NCBI RefSeq assembly: GCF_009914755.1
Contig: NC_060931.1
Length of the DNA: 64,000 nucleotides
Source: the human T2T-CHM13v2.0 reference genome, Homo sapiens
Strand: one strand, 5' to 3'
The position numbers were made by a program, and so were the translations under genes. Under the pieces are notes generated by a model that saw only the letters and a list, made by a program, of their open reading frames with translations, was not told the DNA's origin and searched no databases. This document shows, piece by piece, positions 40,641 to 53,000 of the stretch (its first letter is position 1; every line of letters starts with the position of its first letter).

Positions 40641-43600
40641 GCTGTTCAACAAAGGAGCACATTTTCATGAGTTCTGGGCAAATGTATGTCCTATAACACT
40701 CTCTATTTAATTAAATGAGAATATTAAATAGTACCTTGACATTTTTAGAGGCAATACCACATTAATAGCTCCACGTCAACATATGGAGAAACTTTCGAAT
40801 CTTTCCCTCTGAACTTAGTGTTAAAGGGCATCTCTGGAAACTAACCAGCCAAGCAAGACTTTCTGGAAAACAAGGTACTCCTCACTACACAAGATGAATT
40901 ATAGATGTGGAGTTGTGAAGTCTTGAAATGTTGCTTTCTTTCCTCTGGAAAATACTTAAGCATATTGAATTAGCCCTTAGAGGTTATAATTCAGTTAACT
41001 GAGATGGCTCAATTTTGTCAGATTTATTCATTGTTCTTCATGTGTACAAATAGAAGCAAATCCCTCAACATACACCTTAACACTCATGTATTGGATTATT
41101 CTAAAATAAAAATTGCCTATTTTTAGTTTAAATCTTATTCACCTAGATTGTCTGGAGACTGATAAATTCAATAGTAGCCTTTTTTTTTTTTGGTATCATG
41201 AAAAAAAGTATTCTAGGTAATTAATTTGCATCAAAAGACTTAGAAAGAAAACCACTGCTATATTTCTTTTATTTTTCACCTAACCTAGATGACATGGCAG
41301 ATAAGCCAGGGAAAAATTAGTAAATAGCACAAGTTTCATCTTCATTTTTTGAATTTTAATAGTTTGAAGAATTAAAATATTTAATACTTAGGGTGCTAAA
41401 TGTGAGGTTAAGAGACTAAGTAGCAGAATAAGGTTTAGTTTTGGCTGAAATATTTTTTGATGATATTTGCAGACCCATCATTGTGTGTCAAACTGTCATC
41501 GGGGTGGTATGCCCATCAAAACAAGGATCTGTTAAGTGGATAAAGTGAGCACATCCTTAAAAGGAGTAGAAGAGCTAATGAACTTACAGTTTCTTCTAAT
41601 TTAGAGATATTTGTGTTTTTCTTTGTGGAATTGTATGAAGTTGATTTGGAGACAGTTACAAATTTACATACCTAAAACCAGGTACCATTTTGAAAGAAAA
41701 TTAAGATAAAAATGAGATGTCAAATAGCCAAAAATCAACAGAACAGACAAATGTAGGATAATCAAAGAAGAAAAAATTAAGAGAAAAGTCTATACTGAAA
41801 GCTTATTATAAAAATCAATCTTTTGGGATGTGCTTCTCTATAGCATGGGAAGTACTTGATGCTTTTAATTTGGGATTCCAGAAATGGTGTGGTTTCCATG
41901 TTTTTATGGATTTATTTCACCTCAAATTTTTGTTCACTGCAGGCTCCTTTCTTCCTGCCTATTTTGATTACCCAATTTTCCCGGAGAGGTTGTTGAAAAT
42001 GAGAGGAAAACAGGCCTAGCAATGATCTTGGATCAAGTCCAGAAAATGTTCTTAGTCCTTGGAATACATTACATGGAGGATGCCACTCCAAGCCTTGTAA
42101 ATGCAGCTTGGGAAAATAAATACGCTTAGAGTATTCACTCTGAACACGAAAGCACAGTGTGGTTAACAACAGGAGAATTGCAGAGTATGCCGAAACATAG
42201 AAAACATAAACATTTCAGTTTAGATTTATTATCTTCACCCATGAACTGGGGCACTGTAGAATAGAACAGTTTGCATACCTACATAACACAGCTGAGAGAC
42301 CTTGGGCTCCAAAAACCAACAAAACATCGTGTCCGAGAAGTCTCTGAGGATCTAAGTGCAAATTGAGCAGTGCAAAAGTAGCAGGGCTAGTGGTGTCTTT
42401 TGAGAGTGACATTCTGTAGCAATTAAGATTCCATACCTACTATTGTTTACTTAATTCACAACCCCAGAATACAAAAGAAAAGTGACATTCAGAATCTGAA
42501 ATGGGATGATCACAGTAAATATGTTTGAGTCCTTCGTTGTTTGCTGGAGAACAATGAGGATGATAGACACTTTCATAAAGGCAGGGCTCATGATAACTAA
42601 ACCTACATAGGAGAGTTAGAAGGATGAAAGATTTCTTTCTGCATAACCACAAGGTAAAGTATTTTATCAAGTCCATTGTAACTGCTCCATAATGTGAAGC
42701 AAATTTTAAATGCTGCTACTTAAGTTTCAGGGCTAAAATGAAGTTTAATAGGTAAGTTAGACTTCTCTATTATTCAAAGTTTAAATGTGGAAATTCCAAA
42801 GTGAAGGTTTTACTCTACTGCTGATAAGTTTGCAATTTTTTTTTTTTTATTTCAAGAAGATAACCAGCTATCACAAAGACACATACAGGACAGTTGAAGG
42901 GTTTCAGTGTTTTAGAATGATTCTGAAGTTCTAAGATATTTGTCTTATGTATTATAGAATAGTAGTCTGCCACTTTTCATTATCTGAATTCTAATATTTT
43001 CTAGAATATACTCATGTAAACATGATATAAACAAAGTGATTTAAATAATTCATAACATTTCCAGAAAAACATTTCTGGAAGTTTTATATATATTTTATAT
43101 ATATACATAAATGATATAAATAATGTACAAAACACACATATTTGTATTTGTTTTTTACAAAGTATTGTATAATGCTTTGTTAAAACCAAAAATGCATTTA
43201 GTGTAAGATGTTCCCACTGTTAATTCTATAGATGCTTAGAAATCTTAAGAATATGTGTCAAGTTATTGCAAGGTATTCATTTGAGAAGTAGCACTCCAAA
43301 CTAAACCTGTTGGTCTCTTGGAAGAGCTTCAGAAAACTGAAGCTTGTCCGAGAGCAAAACCTTCCCTTAAGGTTTTTGAGAACCAACCTGGAAAATGATG
43401 TTATGATTTCACTATAGGATTTGATAGATTGTTTTATATTCCTTTGAAATTATTAGCAGAAGCTGCTGTGCCACTCAAGTGCAGGGTTTGTGCCAAATAA
43501 TTCTGTGAAGTCTCAGGGCAGAATGATCACTTCTCCATTTAAAAAAAAAAAAAAACAGAACAAGAATGGTATCACAGATGTATTATTTCCTGTGTTTCTT

Positions 43601-46550
43601 TTAAATTATTTTTGTATGCTTCTTAGAAACTTCACCCCACAAGCTTTAAAAAAATGTAATCAGGCATGCTTCTGTGTTCCTGGAAAACGTTTGTGTGTGT
43701 ATACACATGCATATCTGCATATGTATTTCAGTCTTTTAGGAAGCTAATGCCCAAGTGTTCTGTATCTTTAAACTTGAGGTAACAGATGATCAGCTGGTGC
43801 AGATGTCAATATAATTTTTTAAAAGATAGATTTGCCAGCGTGGTTTAGTGTGTTTATTTATTAAATGGAACAAAAAATCATTTTATGTCATCCTTCATCT
43901 GATTTCTTTATATTTTTCTGTTTTAAGATATTCATCATGCTGATCAATTTTTTATGGTTTAAACAAAATAAGAAAAACCTAATATTTTAGCATTTTAAAA
44001 CACATCATTATGGCCAAGCCTAGAGCCAATGCAAAGTTAAATTATTTCTCTGAACCTTCTCAAAATTATTTATTTTATTTTAAAGACTCCACTTTAGGGA
44101 CCACCTTTTTAATCCAGGGCTATTATAATATTTCTCAGAACTAAAATTTGTGGTACCCTTAATGACAATGAATTTTTTCTTTCTGCCTGGTAAAAATTCA
44201 AAATTCATTAATTGCTATTTTTTTCTCAACGTTTAAAAAACTAGGTGCTCATCAACTAAATGCTTGTTTTGGCTATGAATTATTGATTTTTTTCCTGCTA
44301 TTTCATCACACCATGCTTTGAGACCTAGTTATTCTTTTGCCTAAATGTTTCTGTTTTTTCCTCGAATAATTTCCTATCTACTCTATGAACACAGTTTACC
44401 TAACTATGCTGATCATGGCATTTCCTTATGTTTCTTACCATCATTTAAATGTTGACTAATTTTTTTTCCTACTTAGAGAATTGTTTTTGCAAGCTGTTCA
44501 AGTAAGAATTAGGTCTGCCAACATTTTTAGATGGCCTGTAAAATTTACATAATGATTTGGCCATGCCCACATGAGAACTACCTACATATACAGAAGTGCT
44601 CTCTTTAATCTGTTACAAGCATGACTTCTATTAAACCTATAGGTAAGATTATTTTCTACTTTTAATGCAGTATGTTTGTTTTTATCCTGACTTTTGATTC
44701 ATTAGGCCATGTGGTTTAAGTCTAAACTAAGTTACTCTGATATTCGGAATTTCACCTTTAATAATTTTCTGGAAATTTTCTTTTAAAGGTGATATTAGAA
44801 ATCTCCATTTCAGTCTCAGCATTTCACTAGCATTACATGATGCTCTTGTCTTTTGCAATTTAATATTCAAATTACATAGATATTTTTTATTACTGCATGT
44901 GAAGTCCTTCCTCAACTTATAAAGCAGTTAGAACATACTAATACTTTAATACTTCTATAAGTGACGAGCTGGCAACTGAAAAATGTTCATCTATTATACA
45001 TATATAAGCATAAGTGTGTGTATGCCTAAATGTATGTATGTATACATTTCCATGATTAGTATTCCCTAAAGATTAAAGTGATAAAATAAATGTTGCCTGG
45101 TTTTACATTGGTAACTAATGTTATGAGATAGTTCATAGGTCAATAGAATGAAATTTTATGTTTTATTTAATCTAAAATAATTCTGTTGATTGCCACCTAC
45201 ATATGTTCACTGTTCATTTTCTATTGTGTCTAGACATTATTTTGCTCTTAATGTAATATCAGGTTAAAATTATTCAACTTGTGCAAAGATTTTGAGAAAA
45301 ATATGTAAAATTAGATTTTGATCAAGGATAAATGTATCTTTTTTTTTCTTTGAAGAAAAGAGTATAGGCCCTTCAGTCAGTCAGTTTGGGTTCCAGCCCT
45401 TGTTCTGCCAAGTACTAGCTGTGTGAACTCAGCTAGTCATCTAAAGAGCCTAGTAAGGAGAGATGATTATTCAGCAAGGTAATACATGTGAAATACTTAG
45501 CTCCACACCTGGCAGGTAGTAAGCTCCTACTATGTGTTGACTATGTTATTGTATGATCATCTTCATTGTTCTTTGCTCTTCAAGTCTTTGTTCACCCATT
45601 CAATCTAGAATTACAATGCAAGTTATACTAAAATGCTTCTTTTCATTTGCTGAACTGTTAAAAAAAATCGCTTAGTTTTCTTTTAAATGGTATCTACTAC
45701 TATAAGATATTCTTGTATCTGCATATAGCCTTACATTTTAAAGTTTAAATCTACTATCTGATCTTCAGCTTAAAGGTAGGTAGACTTTATAGGTTATCCC
45801 ATTTAACAAGAAAGGACAACAGGAATACAATGATTATTACGTCTTGCCTAGTTCACAAATCCTATTGCTAATAAAGGAATCACACGGGCCATGTGATTCC
45901 TCTTCCAGAACTCTTGTTACCCATCTGTCATTTGCTTCTCAAATATGTTGCAATATTTGTTACTCAACTTACTGTACTCTTCCTCTTTTATTTCACAAGT
46001 GTTACATTCCATGAATCAGCTTGTCCAAAAGTACTGTTAAAAGGATTTTTTTTAACTATACAAATGCTAAAAGAAAGTTTATTTTTTTTTTAGTATGCTC
46101 AAAGTGGATAAAGGCTTTCAAAGCATGATACAATCCTCAAAAGGAAATGACTCAAAGTTTATGGAATAAAAATGTAAACATTTCTGTAAGTTACACATAC
46201 AAACAGAAAAGTAAAAATTGTCAAATTAAAAAAAAATTGTCAAATGTCCAAAGACTATTTTCCTACTAATTATTAAGAAAGGGACAAAGCAATTTATGGA
46301 AAAAAAGGTGAAAAGGATATTGTTACAAATGTTTTAAAATAAAAATGGCTAATATACTTTAGAAAATTATAAAATTACTGGGGGAAGGTTAACACACACT
46401 TAACATTTGTTACTTCTGAGGAATACAATTGGGGATTGAGGCCTCTCATTGTACACTTTTCTATAATTTTCAATATTGCTTTCTCTCCATACTTAATACA
46501 TTTTCTAAAATAAAATTGTGCGTGATAGCCAGTGATGGCCATGCAATTAT

Positions 46551-46860
46551 TTGTTGTTGTTTTTGTTTTTGTTTTTTGAGACAGAGTCTCACTCTATTGC
46601 CCAGGCTGGAGTATAGTGGCACAATCTTAGCTCACTGCAAACCTCCGCCTCCCAGGTTCAAGCGATTTTCCTGTCTCAGCCTCCTGAGTAGTTGGGATTA
46701 CAGGCATGCACCACCACACCTGGCTAATTTTTGTATTTTTAGTAGAGAGGAGGTTTCACCATGTTGGTCAAGCTACTCTCGAACTCCTGACCTCAAGTGA
46801 TCCGCCCACCTCAGCCTCCCAAAGTGCTGGGATTACAGGTGTGAGCCACCAAGCCCAGCC
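46551..46860 (-). mobile_element. AluSx/Sz
   Basis: Full-length antisense; TSD CAATTATTTGTT. Confidence 0.94.
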
Positions 46861-47233
46861 ACAATTATTTGTTAAACAAAAACTATGTCAGGCTCTGTGC
46901 TAAATCCTTCATATTATCACTTTTAATCTTTACAGCAATTCTGTGAGGGAGATATTTCTACCATGTTTAAGAGAGGTAAAGTAGTTAGCAATAAGTCATA
47001 CACTTAGGAAGTGATGAATTCCAAATTCAGACTCGGATTCCATTCATTTTCCTAGCAGATGTTCTTAATCTGAATCAAACCATTACATATCCATGGTATG
47101 AAGAAGCAGCATAATAGTCTCTCATTTCCACTCATTCTCACTACTTGTAAAGCATTATGATGGTTATAATAGTCTTGTGTGTGTCTGTTTATTCAACTTA
47201 TTACCAACTATGAGCTTATTCTGTACTATAGGG

Positions 47234-47390
47234 GTTCAGTGGTGAATTAAACAGACAAGCATCCCCCTCCTCAAAAACGCAACATTCTAGCAAGTGCAAA
47301 GGCAGGTGCAAAGTTCAGTGGTGAATTAAACAGACAAGCATCCCCCTCTGCAAAAACCCAACATTCTAGCAGGTGCAAAGACAGGGCAAA
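47234..47390. repeat. 79-bp tandem duplication (2 copies) inside an L2 remnant
   Basis: GTTCAGTGGTGAATTAAACAGACAAGCATCCCCCTC begins at both 47234 and 47313. Confidence 0.9.
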
Positions 47391-49619
47391 AACAAAAGTC
47401 AATTGGCAGAATTTCTTCGACGGTGATAAGTGACCTGTGGAAAATAAAGCAGAGAACGGAGAGGGGAGGAGGCTTGTAGGAAGTGGGGGTGATGAAATGG
47501 GGAGTGTTGAGTGCCTAGAAATTTTCAGGCTCCTGTCAAGTATTGTACACTACTCATCTCTTAGCTCTTATTATTACTCTTTTATTTAGTTTTCGCTATT
47601 CTTTGATTATGAAAATGAGAGCAATGAATGTTAATTAACTTGATTATGGCAATCATTTTACAGTGTATACACATGTCAAAATGATTCATACCTTGATAAA
47701 TCTGGAAAAAGAAGAACAAGCAGTTAACTTCCAATTACAAGTCAATATAACTAGGGCCCGGTAGCCTGAGGATTTAAACTTACATCCTTCCAATTTCTAA
47801 CCCTATGTGATCTCTTGCAAAAAAAAAAAAAAAAAGAATTTCCAAAGAATTGTCTAAACTGACTGAAGTAGATTGAAAATTATATCCTGTCATTCTAATA
47901 AATTAATCCAGTGTTATAGTGGATTTACATAAAGCAAGGTATATGCTCACATAAAACACATCCCTTCAAAATATGGTGGGTGCATAGTCTTTAAAAAAAT
48001 GAAAACCCCAACACTCTTTACTTTAAAATGGGTACAGCATTTTGCTATGTTATTGTTTAAGGTCTATATTTTTCTAAAAATCCACAGTTGCAGATTTGAC
48101 TCAGCTGTGTGCTTTCAGGTCTTGTATGCTAAGCTACTCAGGAACTGTTGTCTATGGGATTGAACACTTAACAGCTGTCTCTGGGAATGTAAATTTGATT
48201 CTTTGGACTGCTCATGGGACTCTGTGACATTTTCCTCTCCAGTGACAGCAGATTTGAATGGCATTAGGCTACTGATTAAATAATACCCAAGTAAGTTTAA
48301 TGTCAACTTAGGCATCTATTTTGCATGTATTTTTTCTGAAATAATCTTTCTCTAATTGCGATCATATTTTCATTATACTTTAGTCTTTTAATATCTTTAA
48401 AATATGCTCTTTTAAACAGGTCTTATCTGAACCCTTTCGTTGGTAATCTTTTTCTGAATTGTCATATTAGAGTGTGAGTGTGTGAGAATTAAGGTTGAGA
48501 AATAAATTAGCTTAAATACAAAACAGCTATCTACAAAATAGATATTCTTAACCAAAATAATATGTCTTTATACTACCATTTTATATCGTGCCACCAAGAT
48601 AAAAGGTCGCAGTTATTTAAGGGAATTACCTTCTTAAGTTTCATGAAATCACTGTGAGTTATTCTTTTCTAACTGAAAGCATAAATTATAAAGAGATTGC
48701 ACATGGTCATTTCTACTTTATCCTAATTAAGTGGTCTGAGATTTGAAAAAAAAGTAATAGACTTACAATATTTTTATGACTTATTTTTTAAATAAATATG
48801 TCAGTAAAAACTTCCCTGGGGAAAAAAAATTCTTGAGGAGAAAAGAGTGTTTGGGGTTTTTTTTTTCAGTTGTATGGCACTGCTTGCAAATGAAAGGATT
48901 CGTTGTGTGCCTCACATGCCCAAAAAGGACAGCACGAGCATTCTAACTTAAGGACTGGTTTAAATATGACCTAATGAACTAAATATATTTCTGCCTGGTA
49001 TTCTTAGGTTACTTTACTTCTAAGGTTGTTTGAATGCATTTATCCAGCTCTCCTATCAAATACATGCCAGGTTAACCCTGTGAAGGTTTTCCTGTATGAT
49101 TCTGAGAATTTCTTTATAAGAACAGGGTCTTGATAGTGAAGGTTCTTTCCCCAAAGTGCAAGGCCTTCTATTTTGATTCAATATCAACATAATGCTTTTT
49201 TTTTTTTGAAAGTGACTTAAGTACTAAAGATTATCCTCAATAGTAATTCTACTTAGACATATTTTGGTTGAAGAAATTTAAAGAGTTTATTTTTTGTAGG
49301 AGCACTGTGCTGTGATCATGAAATTTTTGCAAAACTAACAGAAAATGATAAACAGTTAAGAACTTCCAGCTAGAACAATAGGCTGTTTCCTTTTTTTAAG
49401 TCAGTTTGTCATCCTTGCTGATTGACAGTCTCCAATTGTTTTCAGAATTATTAGTCTCACAGTATTTCAGAATTACGCTGTATAAAAAAGTACATTAAAT
49501 TTAAACTTAATAAAATAAGTTTCGCAAGCTCAGTCAAGACAGGGAAGTGAGAATATGATTATTCTTCCAAATTTACTATTTCCACCAGCGGTCTCAGTTC
49601 AGCATCTGAGAATATGTTA

Positions 49620-49926
49620 GGGGAAACTCAGCAAGTCAGTTCCTTTTGTTTTTCTGGCCTCTGACTTACTTGGATGGGAAATAGCCAAAAAAAAAAAAAA
49701 TGCTGAATATCTCAGATATAGGTAATGGGTCTTCACCAGAACATAAAAATAGACCCTTATTAGCCATATCAGTAATGTGCTGTGTGGGGGATTTTTTTTT
49801 TCTTTCAATTCCTCTGGCAACAAACCACACACTGGGATCTGACACTGTAGAGTGCTTTCTCTTCTCTTTTTTTGGGGGGGGGAGGGGGTGTGGTTGCATA
49901 TTTAAACTCTCACGCATTTATGTAAT
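49620..49926 (+). promoter_or_regulatory. CD36: CD36 proximal promoter
   Basis: TATA-like CATATTTAAA 49897-49906 about 28 nt before the TSS; RUNX sites AACCACA (49823-29) and TGTGGTT (49889-95); T7G9 tract 49867-82; no CpG island. Confidence 0.88.
49655..49667 (-). promoter_or_regulatory. PPAR/RXR response element (DR1)
   Basis: TGGCCTCTGACTT = AAGTCA-G-AGGCCA on the minus strand, about 270 nt upstream of the proximal TSS; agrees with the classical CD36 PPRE. Confidence 0.8.
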
Positions 49927-50032
49927 GAGGACTGCAGTGTAGGACTTTCCTGCAGAATACCATTTGATCCTATTAAGAATTGTCCAAATGTTGGAGCATT
50001 TGATTGAAAAATCCTTCTTAGCCATTTTAAAG
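49927..50032 (+). other. CD36: CD36 proximal non-coding first exon (start approximate; longer 5' ends from ~49802 are possible)
   Basis: Consensus donor AAG|GTAAGT at 50033; matches the recalled CD36 mRNA 5' end GAGGACTGCAGTGTAGG...TTTTAAAG. Confidence 0.93.
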
Positions 50033-53000
50033 GTAAGTTGTATGATTTTTCTTTAAATAAAAAAGATTAAGGGATTTTTCCCATCACCCAGATGACGGGA
50101 GGTGACACTACTGTATAAATACTCCTAAGAAGTTATATAGGAGGACAGGAAAAAAGGTAGTAACTGTTTTCTTAGTCACTAGGCTTTATCTAAAAATCAG
50201 GTTTGCATTATTTTCAAGTTATCAACCTTCCTATATTTTATGCTTAAACCATACCCAATGGCATTTCATGTCGTATGTATAAGTTAATATTTAAAGTGAT
50301 TTATAATCCAATTTGGATTATTATAAAACTTTCATTTTATACTTAGGCTATTTATACATGATGTTTAAATGATGAAGATCATTATACTGCAGACCAATAT
50401 AATGAGGTTAGATGTTATAAATGACTTACAGCTCTTATGTCAACATGTTGTCTAATATGCAATTATTAACTATTACTTTACAGAGTCATTAGCTTGTTTA
50501 ATTTTCAATCTGAATTGCACAACTTTTGGTATACCTGACTTGCTCTACATGATCAAATGCAATGTGTATTTTGGATATGTGCTTTTTAAGTTCTTTTCTG
50601 TAATGAACAAAGATATTGTCATTGTTACTGGGAATAGCAAAGTATATTACTTTTAAATAATCTGAAATTTAATTAGTGTAAATTAGTAGAATAAAAATAA
50701 AGTTAATTTTTTTTCGATTCAGGAAGCTTATTACAAATAGTACTGAATTATTAGATGATGATGCCAAGTTGAAGTAAAGGAGAAATCAATTTGGAGGAAT
50801 TAAGTAAAAGCCTCAAATTAATTATACATTAACTAAAATTATAAATAACTGTAAATGGCATAAATTCTCTAGAGTACATCCCAGTTTCTGAAATCATCAA
50901 GTAGCATATTGAAACCTGTTTTGTAAAGATTTGCATGTACTTTTTAGTCTTTTTCTGTGTGGTTTGAAGTCAGTAATGTGTGTTGAAGCTAAAAAATATT
51001 GCTTTAAATATTGGTTCACAAGGAAGCCAAAATGAAATATTTAAAAATGTTTGTTATATAGAAAGTCCAGTGGTCCTTTGGAATTTACAAGAAAATAAGA
51101 ACTAAAGTAGAAATCATTTAATTTCCCAGACTCATTAGTGAACCAGAACAATAAACCAAACAGAGAACCATCAGATAATGGGTTAGCCTGGGAAGAATAT
51201 TAATTACAACTGGAGGTACTTGCACAGAGTGTACTGAATTTGGAATTTACCTTGGAAGTTATAGTTGCCACCCTATTTTTTTAAGGAATTTTTTTAACCT
51301 TGTTTACTTTAACACATTTGAACCCTGCATGTGTGTGTATTTCCTGTGTGTTTCCTGAAAAGGAAAGTTTAAGATAATTCTGTAACTATCAGATACTTAA
51401 TTCTGTAAGTATCCTTGCATCTAATCAGAAGATGTTTTTGTTCACTGGCCCAAGATGTGTCTGAAACTTGCAAGTAGCATTGTTCTAAACTAGTAGCTGT
51501 CTTTCCATTTGCATATTTTAATTCCATACATATATGATCACATTTCATTATAATCTAACTATTTTGCAAATACTCATTTCTACTTTTGTAAAATATACAC
51601 ATTTATTAGATTTTTAAAACACTTGGCCAATATGAAATAACACTTTACTGTTATGGTTTGAAATGATACTTCATAGTAATATTTCAAAATAACAATAACA
51701 TTTTCTACAATATAAATATATATTATTTTACTTCATTTAATACTTGCAACCTTATTTGATGTAAGTAAACTCATTTTAGAGAAAACTGTATCACAGACAA
51801 ACTTCAATACTAACACCCAGAACTGAATCTACATTTCTTGGCTTCAAGGTCCAGCATTTTTGGCATTACAAACTTTATAGTGTCTGTTTATAGTAGAATT
51901 TGGGGTGTGGAAAAAAGACATTAGCATTCTTGTCTAAGGTTCAAAAATTAAGAATGGGTCTAGATAATACTCTTTAAGTCAGTATGAACTTAAGGGAATA
52001 ATTTCAAACCTACAGTAATCCCTGGTTCATAAGTCTTTAAAAGACGGGACTTGTTTCTAGAAGGATCCCAAGTATAATATATAAAGTCCAATGTATTTAT
52101 TGCATTAATTTTTAAAGACTACCATCAAAACAAGTTACAAATTGCAATATTTGAGAAGTATGTAATTATTTTATATTACAGATGTCTATCAAGTTTTTTC
52201 CTATTTTACATTTTTACCATCATATATTCTGATAGGATGGAAATGGACATGAGATAATTTCAGTAAGATAAGATTCTGGAGATCTCATAGTCCAGTTATT
52301 TGAAAATTACTTGTGGAGCCCATGGGTTCTTTGGAGATGACTCAGAGCCCAAGTGAAGCGTGACTGGGAAAGGGAAGAGGCACAGTTTCTGCTCCTTTCT
52401 TTTACCAAATAGCTCTTCTTTGAACTATCTTTTATATTGGTATTGTGCATAAAATTTACCTTGAAAGGAGAATTCTATCTCTAAACATGATTTTATAAAG
52501 AATGACCTAATGACCTTATGTTGATGAAACATAATCATAGTTAAATGATTGTTTTACACCCATTTCTACTACCTTGAATTTGAATCTACATTTTTACTCA
52601 TGTATAGGGAACTGTGTCTTTATAAACATACATAGTTATGATAATGTGAAAAAAGTAATTTTAAAAACTAACTTCTATACTCATGCAAACCGTTGAATGA
52701 ATTCCCCCAAGTCCTCCAAAAACTAGATTTTATGGACAGATGCTGTATTTTTTAGGTAAGGAAAACTCTCTGTATCAAGAGAATGGAAAACGAGAGTGTG
52801 GTCTGGTTTTCTATCCTAAGAAAAAGTGGGAGGAAGGCTTATAGATAGAAAAAAAAGAAATTTTAGCAATCTACTGATCAGTAAGAAAATGTCATTTAGG
52901 TCTGGCAAGTGTCTATGGTACAAGTACCCTGGAAATCTAAAACTTTTCAAATTTCATAGTTTACATCCCAGCAGATGTTACTTCAGGGCCATGCCTTTTC

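Noticed and set aside
47234-47390. Direct repeats as a possible CRISPR-like array
   Set aside because: Only two adjacent copies with no unique spacers; eukaryotic intron
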